From NCBI GenBank assembly GCA_963789955.1, contig CAWBMV010000015.1:252900-316899 (forward strand): a stretch of DNA of 64,000 nt, in the 5' to 3' direction. Source of the DNA: an uncultured Candidatus Rokubacteria bacterium (GTDB taxonomy: Bacteria; Methylomirabilota; Methylomirabilia; Rokubacteriales; CSP1-6). Below, one piece after another: positions 9,513 through 19,875 of this stretch. The notes beneath the pieces are model-generated. The model did no database searches. It worked only from the letters and a program-made list of their open reading frames with translations, and was not told where the DNA came from. Numbering within the stretch: the first letter of the stretch is position 1; every line of letters starts with the position of its first letter. Both the position numbers and the translations under genes were made by a program.

Positions 9513-11241
9513 AGGCTTTCCCGAGATACGCGCGAACCACGTCCGGATCGCGCATGACCTGACGCGGCAGGCCTTCGGCGATGACCCGGCCGCCGCTCAG
9601 CACCACGACGCGATCGGCGAGGTCGAGCACGGCGCGCATGATGTGCTCGACGAAGACGACGGTGGTGCCGCGGTCGCGAATTCGGCGGACGAGGCTGAGC
9701 GCGGCCGTCATCTGCGCCGGCGTCAGGCCTGAGAGCACCTCGTCCAGCAGCACCAGCCTCGGCTCGGACGCGAGCGCGCGCGCGAGGTCGAGGAATTTTC
9801 GCTCGAGCAGGTTCAGCTCGCCCGGCAGCGCGTCGGCCTTGGCCTCGAGGCCGGTGAAGGCGAGCCAGGCGCGCGCCAGGCTTTGGCCGGTCGCGCGGCC
9901 GTGCCCGCCGCCGAACATGGCCGCGAGGGCGACGTTGTCGACGACCTTGAGCCGGCCGAACGAGCGCGGAATCTGATAGGTGCGAGCCACGCCGAGTCCG
10001 GCGATCCGATGCGCGCGCACGCGCGCGATGTCCTGGCCGTCGAGCACGACGCGGCCGCCGTCGGCCTGGTAGTAGCCGCTGACCACGTTGATCAGGGTCG
10101 ACTTGCCCGAGCCGTTCGGCCCGATGAGGCCCAGGATCTCGCCGGCGCGCACCTCGAGCGTCACGCCGGCGAGCGCCTGCAGACCGCGGAACGCCTTCTT
10201 CACGTCGGTGCAGCCCAGCAGCGCCATCGATTCGGTCCGTGCCGGCCGCACGGCGTGCAGCGCCACGACGGCGCTCGCCGGCGTCTCGACGAGGGGCGCC
10301 GCCCGGCGCCACGCGCGGCGCAGGCCTCCCGCGACGCCGTCGGGCAGGAAGACGATGACGATGATCAGGATCGCGCCGATCAGCGCGCGGTTCAGGACCG
10401 CGCGCTCGCCGCCGGTGAGGGACTGGGTCAGCGTGGTGACGATGACGGCGCCGAGCGCCGGGCCGTACCAGAAGCGCGTCCCGCCGAGCGCGGCCATCAT
10501 GATCGCGTCGACCGCGAGCCCGACCGCAAACGTCTCGGCCACGGTCACGTACGTCACGAACATCGCGTGGATCCCGCCGATCAGCCCGGCGATGAAGCAG
10601 CTCAGCGCGAAGGCCACGAGCTTGTAGCGATAGGTGGGGACGCCGAGCACTTCGGCGACATCCTCGTCGTCGCGAATCGCGAAGAGCCCCATGCCCCACC
10701 GGGAGCGGTAGATCGCGAGCGCGGCGACGGTCGAGAAGAACGCGACGGCGAGCGCCAGGTGATAGAGCGTCGTCGCCGGACCGCCGAAGAGCGCCGGCAC
10801 CGGGACCGCGGCCAGGAACACGCCGGGCCCGCCGTCGAGCCCCGTGTTGAGGGCGATCGTCGACAGCACGAACGTCACCGCGAGGGTCAGGAGGCCGAAG
10901 AGCTCGCCCCGCACGCCGCGGACGCGGAAGACGACGGCGGCGATCGCGCTCCCGAGGAGCGCGGCGACCAGCCCGGCCGCCGGCAGGGTCCACAGAAAGG
11001 GAACATTGAAGGCGGTCGCGAGGGTCGCCGTCGTGTAGACGCCGGCGCCGAAGAAGGCGGCGTGACCGAAGCTGAAGTAGCCGGCGTAGCCGCTCAGGAT
11101 GTTCCAGCTCGTCGCCAGCGACACCCAGAAGAACACGAGATAGAGGAACGATTCGTAGAAGGCCGGGAGCTTCAGCGCCGGCACGAGCGCCAGCGCCGCA
11201 CCCGCGACGACGAGTGGGACCGCCGGTGGGAGGCGAGACAC
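9505..11241 (-). CDS. Fused LivM-like permease / LivG-like ATPase
   Basis: GTG 11241; GYAGYFSFGHAAFFGAG permease half, then GPNGSGKST and LLDE in one frame. Confidence 0.88.
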   Translation of the reverse strand: MSRLPPAVPLVVAGAALALVPALKLPAFYESFLYLVFFWVSLATSWNILSGYAGYFSFGHAAFFGAGVYTTATLATAFNVPFLWTLPAAGLVAALLGSAIAAVVFRVRGVRGELFGLLTLAVTFVLSTIALNTGLDGGPGVFLAAVPVPALFGGPATTLYHLALAVAFFSTVAALAIYRSRWGMGLFAIRDDEDVAEVLGVPTYRYKLVAFALSCFIAGLIGGIHAMFVTYVTVAETFAVGLAVDAIMMAALGGTRFWYGPALGAVIVTTLTQSLTGGERAVLNRALIGAILIIVIVFLPDGVAGGLRRAWRRAAPLVETPASAVVALHAVRPARTESMALLGCTDVKKAFRGLQALAGVTLEVRAGEILGLIGPNGSGKSTLINVVSGYYQADGGRVVLDGQDIARVRAHRIAGLGVARTYQIPRSFGRLKVVDNVALAAMFGGGHGRATGQSLARAWLAFTGLEAKADALPGELNLLERKFLDLARALASEPRLVLLDEVLSGLTPAQMTAALSLVRRIRDRGTTVVFVEHIMRAVLDLADRVVVLSGGRVIAEGLPRQVMRDPDVVRAYLGKAYA

Positions 11242-11243
11242 GC

Positions 11244-12092
11244 TCAGAGCTCGGGTCGCAGCAACAAGATCAGGATCAGCAAGGTGAACGACACGAGGGG
11301 CGCCCAGCCTGGCGCGGTGACTGCCATCGTCAGCGCCTCGCTGGCGGCGATGAAGATCGAGGCGGCGAGCAGGCCGAGCGCGTTGCCCAGCCGGCCGATG
11401 ATGACGGCGGCGAACACGACGCCGATCCACGAGTAGATCTGCGACGGCGCCAGGGTGTGGTTGAGCGCGATGAAGAGGCCGGCGACGGCCGCGTACGCGG
11501 AGCTGAGGCCGGCCAGCAGCAGCGCCAGACGGCGGCGGTTCACCCCGAACGCGCTGGCCATCGGCCCGTCCTGCGCGCTCGCGCGCGCGGCCTTGCCGAG
11601 ATAGCTCCAGCGAAGCCACGCCCAGGTCGCCAGGGTCAGGGCCATCGCCGCGACGAACGCGAGGAGCCCGCCGAGCCCGACGAAGAACGGGCCGAGCTTC
11701 AGCGAGGTGCGCATGTACGGCGACTCGAGGCGCCGGAAGTCGGCGGTCCAGATCCACTGGATCAGGCTCTCGAGGATCACCGTGAGCCCGAAGGTCACGA
11801 TGAGCGACGTGAGCTCGTCGATCTTGAGGCGAAGGAATCCTTCTTCGAGCACGATGCCGACCACGAAGAATCCCGGCACGATCACGATCAAGGTGAGGAT
11901 CGGGTCGAGGCGGAGCGCGGTCGCGAGCTGGTAGGTGAGGTACGCCCCGAGGAATGCCAGCGCGAAGTTGGCCAGGTTGATGACGCGGAGCAGGCCCCAC
12001 GTCAGGCTGAGTCCGAGTCCGAGCAGCGCGTAGAGCCCGCCGGTGAAGAGCCCGGCGAGCAGCGACTGGCCGATCAGGTTCAGGCTGGGCAG
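11244..12092 (-). CDS. LivH-like ABC permease (start at CTG 12092 or an indel-damaged ATG)
   Basis: Frame extends 5' of the called ORF: LPSLNLIGQSLLAGLFTGGLYALLGLGLSLTWG..RVINLA. Confidence 0.85.
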   Translation of the reverse strand: MPSLNLIGQSLLAGLFTGGLYALLGLGLSLTWGLLRVINLANFALAFLGAYLTYQLATALRLDPILTLIVIVPGFFVVGIVLEEGFLRLKIDELTSLIVTFGLTVILESLIQWIWTADFRRLESPYMRTSLKLGPFFVGLGGLLAFVAAMALTLATWAWLRWSYLGKAARASAQDGPMASAFGVNRRRLALLLAGLSSAYAAVAGLFIALNHTLAPSQIYSWIGVVFAAVIIGRLGNALGLLAASIFIAASEALTMAVTAPGWAPLVSFTLLILILLLRPEL

Positions 12093-12117
12093 TGCGCGGC
12101 GCTCCCCTCGGCGCTCC

Positions 12118-12648
12118 TCACGTGGAGTAGAGAGGCAATCGCTGACCCGGCGGCAAGCTGGCGACCGCGTCCTCCAAGGTGCGCGCCTGGCGCCACTCGC
12201 TCGCGGGCCGCACGTAGCCGTTCGTGCCGACCTGGTCGATGCCCCAGTAGACCTCGAGGTTGTTGCCGTCGGGGTCCTGGAACTCGACGGCGATCTGACA
12301 GCCGGCGCGCCGGCGTCCCTCGAAGACGATCGGCACGCTGTGCTTGCGCAGCCACGCCCGCGCGCGGAACACCTCGTCGAGTGTCGCCACCTCGAAGGCG
12401 AAGTGGTTCAGGCTGCTCGGATCGCTCTGCCGGGCGCCGCCGACCAGCGCGACGCCGTGGTGGTCGGCGTTGCAGCGCATGAAGACCATCCCGCCGGGTA
12501 CCATGCTGTCGGGATAGCGATCGCTGATCGCGAGGCCGAGCACCTCGGTGTAGAAGCGCACGGAGCGCTCGATGTCGGTGACGTTGAGCACCACGTGGCC
12601 GAGCTTGCGCAGCTGAAACTGGAGCGGAGCGTCCGATGGGTCCGCCAT
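12118..12648 (-). CDS. VOC/glyoxalase family protein
   Basis: LGHVVLNVTD, DHHGVAL, LNHFAFEV, FQDPDGNNLE; SD AGGAGG. Confidence 0.9.
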   Translation of the reverse strand: MADPSDAPLQFQLRKLGHVVLNVTDIERSVRFYTEVLGLAISDRYPDSMVPGGMVFMRCNADHHGVALVGGARQSDPSSLNHFAFEVATLDEVFRARAWLRKHSVPIVFEGRRRAGCQIAVEFQDPDGNNLEVYWGIDQVGTNGYVRPASEWRQARTLEDAVASLPPGQRLPLYST

Positions 12649-12668
12649 GCGCGTCCTCCTTGGTCTCG

Positions 12669-13379
12669 CTACTCCGTCGCCAGCACGCGCCGCCGCTCCC
12701 GGTGATAGTCGGAGAGCTTGAGGTTGGCGGACGTGATCGTCTGAGTCTCCGCCGCCACGCGGGCGACGTCCTTGCCCGGGATCATCACGTAGAGCTCGTC
12801 CTCGCCGAGATCGGTGTAGACCCGATTGCCCACGCAGCCCGTGCTCGCGATCACGCCCTGAGCGAGCGACGCGGGCAGGGCCATGCACGTGGGACGTCCC
12901 AGAAGCGGCGCGGGCGCCGCGATCCCGGCGCGCAGCGCGGCCTCTTGCAAGAGCATCACGCGGCCGGGCCGACCGGCCACGAGCACCACGTCCGGATCGA
13001 CCGGTGCGTCGGCGAGCGGCGCGTAGATCACGACACCCGGCGTCTGGGGCAAGCGCGCAATCCCCGGAACTTCCTCCATCTTCAGATAGCCGAGCTCGGT
13101 CATCAGCCCGAGCGTCTGCGGGAGCTCGGCGGCGCGATCGGGCGGCAAGGGGAGATTGTGCGTGTAGCTGCCGATCGGACAGTTGTGGTGATCGGCCGGC
13201 ACCGTGTAGAAGGTTCGCTCAGCGGCGGCCAGCCGCCAGAAGCTGCAGCCCGAGGGCTCGGTGCCGCTGAATTTCGCGACGCCCGGGGGCGGGGAGGAAC
13301 GGAACGCGACGGCCACGGGCCGCCGCTGCAGGCCGAGAGCTCCGGTGAGCTGCCGCTCGATAGCACGATAGTCGATCAT
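12669..13379 (-). CDS. DUF169 family protein
   Basis: L...PVAVAF, GCSFW, CPIGS, PDVV, GRPTC, GCVGNR Cys pattern. Confidence 0.8.
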   Translation of the reverse strand: MIDYRAIERQLTGALGLQRRPVAVAFRSSPPPGVAKFSGTEPSGCSFWRLAAAERTFYTVPADHHNCPIGSYTHNLPLPPDRAAELPQTLGLMTELGYLKMEEVPGIARLPQTPGVVIYAPLADAPVDPDVVLVAGRPGRVMLLQEAALRAGIAAPAPLLGRPTCMALPASLAQGVIASTGCVGNRVYTDLGEDELYVMIPGKDVARVAAETQTITSANLKLSDYHRERRRVLATE

Positions 13380-13534
13380 CGCAGGCCTCTGATCCTGAGT
13401 CGGGGTTGAGGATTCGTCCGGCCGGCACGTGCCGTCACCTCCCTGCGAGATGGCGGCCGAACACCGGGCACTATACTGCGGTGCGCGAGCTCAAACCAGC
13501 GAGCCGGCGTGAAGTGAGCGGGACACGGACGGAG

Positions 13535-13566
13535 AAAAAACTAGAGGGGGCCGAGCAGGCCCCCTC
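13535..13566 (-). terminator. Rho-independent terminator
   Basis: Minus strand GAGGGGGCC-TGCTC-GGCCCCCTC then TAGTTTTTT, just after the 13603 stop. Confidence 0.8.
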
Positions 13567-13602
13567 CGGGAGATCTGCCGATCTACCTGCGTGGGGTCGA
13601 AT

Positions 13603-13923
13603 CTATCCGGCCTGCGGCGGCATGGGCGGGGCCGGCGGCGTCATGCCGCTCGGGATCCAGAGCCAGTAGTACGGCGTGGCTCGGCCGTCACCGTAGAGCT
13701 GCCAGCGTCCCTCGGGATACACGACCCGATCCGACGGAACGGCCGGCGCCACGGTCGTTGCCGGCGGAACCACGACCGTCGCAGGCGCAGGGGCCGGCGT
13801 CGGCGCCATGACGACCGGGCTCGGCGTGGACCGTTCGACTTCTTTGCTCCGATATACACAGCCTCCCGGCGCTGCCAGGAGTATCGGCGCGACCACGATT
13901 GCTCGGACGGCGCGAGTGCTCAT
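13603..13923 (-). CDS. Small Pro-rich exported protein or lipoprotein
   Basis: SD GAGGGAG, hydrophobic N-terminus then GGC, C-terminal YPEGRWQLYGDG...YYWLWIP. Confidence 0.65.
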   Translation of the reverse strand: MSTRAVRAIVVAPILLAAPGGCVYRSKEVERSTPSPVVMAPTPAPAPATVVVPPATTVAPAVPSDRVVYPEGRWQLYGDGRATPYYWLWIPSGMTPPAPPMPPQAG

Positions 13924-14060
13924 GTCTGCTCCCTCCTCATCGACATCAGCACGCGCGTTTTTGCGTATCCGGTATCTACCTGCTGCTGCTTTAGTCCGGC
14001 GGAGTCGATCGCTTCGCGCTACCATCCCGCGTGAGTCATAGCCAGGAGAGGAGACCTTCG

Positions 14061-14378
14061 ATGCTTGCGATCTGGGTGAAAGTGCGCGTGAAGGCGGATC
14101 AGAAGAAGCGGTTCCTAGAGGCGATCGAGATCGATGCGCTCGGCTCGGAGCGAGACGAGCCGGGTTGCCTGCAGTTCAACGTGCTCCAGGACGACCAGGA
14201 CGAGAACGTCTACTACTTCTACGAGGTCTACAAGGACATGGCGGCACTCGAGGCCCATCGGGCGGCGCCGCACTACGCGACGTGGCGCGCCGCGGCCGAT
14301 ACCCTGGACGGGCCGACCGCCCCGACGCGGTGCAAGACCGTGTTCCCGGCTGACCGCGCCTATTGGGGGAAGATGTAG
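14061..14378 (+). CDS. Antibiotic biosynthesis monooxygenase (ABM/LsrG-like) protein
   Basis: SERDEPGCLQFNV, YEVYKD..ALEAHR..PHY. Confidence 0.88.
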   Translation: MLAIWVKVRVKADQKKRFLEAIEIDALGSERDEPGCLQFNVLQDDQDENVYYFYEVYKDMAALEAHRAAPHYATWRAAADTLDGPTAPTRCKTVFPADRAYWGKM

Positions 14379-14546
14379 CGGCCCGAGCGTCAGCTCGAGC
14401 GCTGGTTCGCTGTCCGCTGGACGTCGCTGCTGTCACCGCTCGATCACCCCACCCGGGGTGTCCGGTGATGCGGCGACGTGTCGAATCACGCAGTTCGAGC
14501 GCGCGGTAGGCGTGGCGCGCGGTTTGCTTATGCGGATTTACGAGTA

Positions 14547-15608
14547 ATGGCGTCGATGCTATCAGACCGTCTGTTCGGGCTCTTCTCGTCGGACCTGGCG
14601 ATCGACCTGGGGACGGCCAATACCCTCGTGTTCGTCCAGGGACGGGGCATCGTCCTCAACGAGCCGTCGATCATCGCGATCCGCAAGACCGACAACGAAG
14701 TGATCGGCGTTGGCCACGAGGCGAAGGCGATGCTCGGCCGAACGCCGGAGAACATCCAGGCGCTGCGCCCGCTGAAGGATGGCGTCATCGCCGACTTCGA
14801 CGTGACCGAGCGGATGCTGCAGTACTTCATCGAGCGGGCGCGCCAGATTTCTTCCGGACGAAAGCACGCCTGGGTCCTCGACCGGCCGCGGGTCATCGTC
14901 GGCGTGCCCTCGGGAATCACCCAGGTCGAGAAGCGCGCGGTCCGCGACGCCGCGCTTCAGGCCGGCGCGCGCGACGTCTATCTGATCGAGGAGCCGACGG
15001 CGGCGGCCATCGGCGCCGGGCTGCCGATTCACGAGCCCGGTGGGCACCTGATCGTCGACATCGGCGGCGGGACCACCGAGGTCGCGGTCATCTCCATGTC
15101 CGGCACGGTGTACTGCAACTCGGTGAGGATTGCCGGCGACGAGATGGACGAGGCGATCATCCAGCACATCAGGAAGCACTACCGGCTCCTGGTGGGTGAG
15201 CGGCGCGCCGAAGAGATCAAGATCGCGCTCGGCTCGGCCCATCCCGAGGCGCTGGAGCGGAGCTCGATCGAGGTCAAGGGCCGCGATCTCGTCGACGGCG
15301 TACCGAAGACGCTCGTCATCACCGACGAGGAGATCCGCGAGGCGCTGCGCGAGCCCGTGATGACGATCGTCGAGACGGTCAGGACGTGCCTCGAGCGGAC
15401 GCCGCCGGAGCTGGCGGCCGACATCATCGAGAAGGGCGTGGTGCTGACGGGTGGCGGCGCGCTGCTGCGCGGGATGGACTGGCTACTGCAGCACGTGACT
15501 CAGCTGCCCGTCCGCGTCGCCGACGATCCGTTGAGCTGCGCCGCGCGCGGGGCCGGCCGGGCGCTCGACGATCTCGAGCTCCTGAAAAAAGTCGCGATTC
15601 CCGCCTGA
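14547..15608 (+). CDS. mreB: Rod shape-determining actin homolog MreB
   Basis: [52 protein letters not shown]. Confidence 0.95.
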   Translation: MASMLSDRLFGLFSSDLAIDLGTANTLVFVQGRGIVLNEPSIIAIRKTDNEVIGVGHEAKAMLGRTPENIQALRPLKDGVIADFDVTERMLQYFIERARQISSGRKHAWVLDRPRVIVGVPSGITQVEKRAVRDAALQAGARDVYLIEEPTAAAIGAGLPIHEPGGHLIVDIGGGTTEVAVISMSGTVYCNSVRIAGDEMDEAIIQHIRKHYRLLVGERRAEEIKIALGSAHPEALERSSIEVKGRDLVDGVPKTLVITDEEIREALREPVMTIVETVRTCLERTPPELAADIIEKGVVLTGGGALLRGMDWLLQHVTQLPVRVADDPLSCAARGAGRALDDLELLKKVAIPA

Positions 15609-15612
15609 CGCC

Positions 15613-16397
15613 TTAGTCGACGCCGAAGTCGTAGACCCGGCCGGACGCGCCGGCGGCCATGCCGTAGGTGAGCACGAAGCCGTATTCGCCCGGCTTCAGC
15701 GGCTCCTTGGGCGTCAACTTGTAGAGGCCACGCGCGTCCTTCTCCGAGGCCTCCATGTCCACCCGGTCCTCGCTACGGACACCGTACTTGACCGAGCCAC
15801 CGAACGGCGCGAACGACCCGCTGGAGATTTTGAGGTTCCGATCGTCGTGGTCGCTGCCGGGCTTTAGCCGTACGAGCGGCGCGTCGTTCGCGGACCACGT
15901 GCTGTAGAAGACCGGCTTCTTGTCCGCGATCCGGTACTGGGCCTTCCGTCCTCTGAGGACCAGCTCGCTCTTGGAGTCGAAGAACCCGCTGCTGAACTCC
16001 AGGGAGGCGTTGGCGGGGACGAGCTCGACGGACTTCCCGCCGACCAGATAGACGATGGTTTCCCTCGCCGCGGCCGGGGCCGCTGCCGCAGCGGGCGCCG
16101 CGGGCGCGGCGGCGGCCGGTGCCGTCGTGGCGGACCCTGCGTTGACGGCGGCCTCGATGACCTGGTCGGACAGGCCGGCGTTCTTGAGCCCGATGATCCC
16201 TTGGTGCTCACGTCGAACTTCGTCTGGCTCGAGCGAATCTTCGAGATGATGATCGAGTCCGAGAGCCCGGCCTTCTTCAAGGCCACGAGCGACTCGTTCG
16301 TGAGCACTTCCTGCGCCGTGAGCGAGGTGGCGCTGAAGAGGGTGAGCGCGGCCACCGCGAGCACGAGCGTGTGCCGAAGTCGTTGCGAGCCGATCAT
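15613..16397 (-). CDS. Hypothetical exported protein, frameshift near 16200
   Basis: Signal peptide, LTNESLVALKKAGLSDSIIISKI; other frame ends YKLTPKEPLKPGEYGFV...VYDFGVD with TAA 15613. Confidence 0.7.
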
Positions 16398-16462
16398 GAG
16401 CCGATCCTCCAGGTCTCGTTTACTGTAGCTGGCTTCCGCGAGCGTTGTCGTCGGCGAGGGCT

Positions 16463-16492
16463 GTTATAGGGCGCGGTCTCGCTTGCTGTCAA
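16463..16492 (-). promoter_or_regulatory. sigma70-type promoter
   Basis: TTGACA-N18-TATAAC upstream of 16397. Confidence 0.6.
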
Positions 16493-17391
16493 GCAAGAGC
16501 ACCGACGTGCCGCGCGTCTCGCACGTGGGCCAGGGCCAGGCCGGCGCCGACCGAGACGAGCCCGAGCACCGCCGGCAGGGAGACGGGCTCGCCGAGCAGC
16601 CAGACCCCGAGCGCGGCCGCGGTGACCGGGCTCAGCGCCAGGAAGGCGGTGACCTGCGTCGGCGGCGCGTGGCTCAGCGCCCAAAGCCAGAGGTAGTAGC
16701 CGCCGCCGCTGCTGAAGCCGATGAACGCCACCGCCAGCCAGCCGCCGGGCGTGAAGTCCGGCCGCGAGGCGAACAGGCCCTCGCCGGCCGCCAGCGGCGT
16801 GAGAAAGACGACCGAGGCGAGCATCGCGAAGGCGCTCACCGGCAAGGTCGGATAGCGCTCCAGATACGGCCGGTAGAGGACGCTGCAGACGGCCCCGCTC
16901 AAGGCGCTCGCGAACACCGCCAGCTCACCGAGCCACATCGGGTCGCCCGCGCCGCGACTGAGCGTCTTCTCACCGAGCGCCAGGCCGACGCCGAGGATAG
17001 TGAGCAAGACGCCCGTCATCTTCGCGGGGGTCAGCCGCTCGCGTCCGAGCGCGGCCGCCACGAGCGAGGTCAGCAAGGGGAACGTGGCGAAGATCAGGGC
17101 CGCGCGCGCCGAGGGGACGGAGCGCAGTCCGTAGTTGAGCAGCGCGATCAGGACGCCGAACTGGGTGATGCCGAGCAGCGCGATCGGCACCAGATCGCGG
17201 GGCGCGAGCCGCACGCGGGATCGGCTCAGGACCACCGCCGGCAGCAGGCAGCAGACGCCGATGCAATAGCGCAGCAGCGCGAGAGACGCGGGGCCGGCCT
17301 GGTCGACGACGAGGCGCGTGGCCACCATGGCCGCGCCCACCTGGATGCCGGTGGCCGCGGCCGCGGCGGCGGGCCAGACACGGCTCGTCAC
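16489..17391 (-). CDS. DMT/EamA family transporter
   Basis: GTG 17391 overlaps upstream stop; about 10 TM segments, ALLRY, LGRERLT, LGEPVS. Confidence 0.88.
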   Translation of the reverse strand: MTSRVWPAAAAAATGIQVGAAMVATRLVVDQAGPASLALLRYCIGVCCLLPAVVLSRSRVRLAPRDLVPIALLGITQFGVLIALLNYGLRSVPSARAALIFATFPLLTSLVAAALGRERLTPAKMTGVLLTILGVGLALGEKTLSRGAGDPMWLGELAVFASALSGAVCSVLYRPYLERYPTLPVSAFAMLASVVFLTPLAAGEGLFASRPDFTPGGWLAVAFIGFSSGGGYYLWLWALSHAPPTQVTAFLALSPVTAAALGVWLLGEPVSLPAVLGLVSVGAGLALAHVRDARHVGALA

Positions 17392-18317
17392 AGCGCGAGC
17401 TCCCACGTCTCGCCCACGAGCTCGCGCCCGAAGCTTCGGTGCTTCTCGTGGTGGACCCGCCGGAACCCGGCCGCCTGATAGAGGCGCCGGGCGGCGCGCA
17501 GCACGCTGTTGGTCCACAACGTGATCGTCCGGTAGCCCGCCTGGCGGGCGAAGCGCACGCACTCGGTCACCAGGCGCTCGCCGATGCCGAGCCCGCGCGC
17601 CTTGGGCTCGACCAGGAGCAGACGCAGCTGCGCCACCGAGCGCGACCGGCGCACCAGGAAGACCGAGCCCACGATCTCTCCGTCCTTCTCGGCGATCCAG
17701 CAGCGCTCGCGCCGCGGGTCGTAGCGCTCGACGAACTTCGCCACGACGCCGGCGACGAGCGACTCGAACCGCTCGTCGAAGCCGTACTCCTGCGCGTACA
17801 GCGCCCCGTGGCGATGGACGACCCAGCCCATGTCGCCCGGCTGGTGGGGACGCAAGACGTACGACGCCTTCGACTCGGGCGCGCCGCCCAGCAGCGTCTC
17901 GATGGTTCGCATCGCGTCGATCAACCGGCGCTGCTCGGCGGGACCGAGCCGCGCCAGCAACCCGCCGATGTCCTGGCGCGATCGCCCGTCGAGCGGCGCG
18001 AACGCGGCGCGGCCCCGCGCGGTCAGCGCCAGATGACTCTGGCGGCCGTCGGACTTGGACCGGGTCCGGGTGAGCAGCCGGCGCCGCTCGAAGCCGCGGA
18101 GGATGCGGCTCAGGTAGCCCGCGTCGAGCGCCAGCTCGCGCGCCAGCTCGGTCGCCGACGGCCGCTCGCGGTGCGCCAGCTCGTACAGCACCCGCGCCTC
18201 GGTCAGCGAGAACGGCGTCTCGAGATAGCTCTCGCCGAGGAGGCCGATCTGCTTGGTGTAGAACCGGTTGAAGCGACGCACGATCGCGATCCGCTGCTCC
18301 GTCTCGGTCTGCGGCAT
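17388..18317 (-). CDS. Bifunctional MarR-type HTH regulator / GNAT acetyltransferase
   Basis: RRFNRFYT, SLTEARVLYELA, LDAGYLSRIL; GDMGWVV.RHG.LY, LRLLLVEP.ARGLGIG. Confidence 0.92.
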   Translation of the reverse strand: MPQTETEQRIAIVRRFNRFYTKQIGLLGESYLETPFSLTEARVLYELAHRERPSATELARELALDAGYLSRILRGFERRRLLTRTRSKSDGRQSHLALTARGRAAFAPLDGRSRQDIGGLLARLGPAEQRRLIDAMRTIETLLGGAPESKASYVLRPHQPGDMGWVVHRHGALYAQEYGFDERFESLVAGVVAKFVERYDPRRERCWIAEKDGEIVGSVFLVRRSRSVAQLRLLLVEPKARGLGIGERLVTECVRFARQAGYRTITLWTNSVLRAARRLYQAAGFRRVHHEKHRSFGRELVGETWELAL

Positions 18318-18319
18318 GA

Positions 18320-18353
18320 TTGCCATAGTCAAGTATCAGATTGATTCTGTCAA
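18320..18353 (-). promoter_or_regulatory. Promoter/operator of MarR-GNAT
   Basis: TTGACA-N17-GACTAT-N7-ATG with two imperfect TTGAC-N3-(A/G)(T/G)CAA palindromes. Confidence 0.5.
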
Positions 18354-18425
18354 TGTCACCCGCCATGCCTTGACCGGAGGGGTCGACGCGTGGTACCCCG
18401 TGCTGCATCAGAGGAGGACCGAGCG

Positions 18426-19853
18426 ATGCTGGATCTCGTGATTCGCGGGGGCGACGTGGTGACGCCGCAGGGCGTCGGCCGGTGGGACGTGGCCGTCGAA
18501 GGGGAGCGCATCGTCGCCCTCGGCTTGCCCGAGCACGGGCTGCAGGCCGGACGGGTGATCGACGCCACCGGCAAGATCGTCGTGCCCGGCGGCATCGAGC
18601 CCCACACGCACCTGGCGCACGCCATCTCGATGCAGCCCGAGGAGAACCTCTCGACGCTCGGCCCGGAGGAAGACACGCGCGGGATGGTCTTCGGCGGGAC
18701 GACCACCCACGTCGACTTCTGCTTCGTGAGGCCGGGCACGGATGTGCAGCAGGTGATCGAGACGCGCGCCGCGCGCTGGAAGGGCAACTCGTACGCGGAT
18801 TACTCCTTCCACGTGACGCTCCAGGGGGTCCTGCCCATCAAGCTCTTCGACCAGCTGCCGGAGGCGGTCCAGGCGGGCTTCCCGAGCTTCAAGGTGTTCA
18901 CGGTCGACGTGCTGCCGCCGCATCCCAAGCGCCACCCCTATCGGCTCGACTACGGGCGCATCCAGCTGGCGATGGAGAAGATCGCGCCGCACAACGGGAT
19001 CATGGTGGTGCACGCCGAGGACCACGACATCGTGCAGTTCATGTACGAGAAGTTCCGCGAGGAGAAGCAGACCGACGGCTGGCTCCTGCCGCTCGTGCAC
19101 AACAAGCTCTCCGAGAAGCTCGCGTTTCGCCGCACGATCCAGCTGGCCGCGCACACCGGCGCCGGCGTCTACTTCGTGCACACGTCGGCCCGCGAGGGCG
19201 TGGAGGCCGTCGCCGAGGCGCGCGCCGGGGGCTATCCGATCTACGCGGAGACCTTGCACCACTACGCGTGCTTCAACGCCGAGGACTACAAGAGCCCGCG
19301 CGGGTTCTGCTATCACACGTATCCGTCGCTCAAGTATCCCGAAGACCAGGCGGCGCTCTGGAACGGGCTCGTGCGCGACGGCATCTCGACGACGGCGACC
19401 GACGAGTTCCCGACGTCGCTGGACGTGAAGCTCCGCGGCCAGGACCTCGAGAACGTGACGGGCGGCAACCTCGGCGCCGAGGCGCGCATGGGGATCGTCT
19501 ACTCCGAAGGCGTCGTGAAGCGGAAGATGCCGCTCGAGCGCTTCGCGGATGTCACCGCCACGAATGCCGCGAAGATCCTCGGCCTCTACCCCAAGAAGGG
19601 CGTCATCGCGCCCGGCAGCGACGCCGACATCGCGATCATCGATCCGGCGATCAAGAAGACACTGGCGCGCGAAGATTTCCACGTCAGCGACTACAGCCCC
19701 TGGGAAGGCTGGGCGATCCAGGGCTGGCCGGTGACGACGATCCTGCGCGGGCGGGTGGTCGTGGAGAATCGGCGCATGGTCTCCGACAGTCGCGACGGCA
19801 AGCTCGTGGCGCGCAAGATCTCGCCCGAGGTGCTGCGCCGCCCGGCCTGTTGA
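18426..19853 (+). CDS. Dihydropyrimidinase/hydantoinase-like amidohydrolase
   Basis: PGGIEPHTH, FKVF, VHAED, VHTS, TDE, GSDADI metal-ligand motifs. Confidence 0.88.
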   Translation: MLDLVIRGGDVVTPQGVGRWDVAVEGERIVALGLPEHGLQAGRVIDATGKIVVPGGIEPHTHLAHAISMQPEENLSTLGPEEDTRGMVFGGTTTHVDFCFVRPGTDVQQVIETRAARWKGNSYADYSFHVTLQGVLPIKLFDQLPEAVQAGFPSFKVFTVDVLPPHPKRHPYRLDYGRIQLAMEKIAPHNGIMVVHAEDHDIVQFMYEKFREEKQTDGWLLPLVHNKLSEKLAFRRTIQLAAHTGAGVYFVHTSAREGVEAVAEARAGGYPIYAETLHHYACFNAEDYKSPRGFCYHTYPSLKYPEDQAALWNGLVRDGISTTATDEFPTSLDVKLRGQDLENVTGGNLGAEARMGIVYSEGVVKRKMPLERFADVTATNAAKILGLYPKKGVIAPGSDADIAIIDPAIKKTLAREDFHVSDYSPWEGWAIQGWPVTTILRGRVVVENRRMVSDSRDGKLVARKISPEVLRRPAC

Positions 19854-19875
19854 GAACTCGGGCGCGGATCGCGCG

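Noticed and set aside
13380..13470. Structured leader of the DUF169 gene as a riboswitch
   Set aside because: Stems can be drawn but match no family I recognise and are expected at this GC content.
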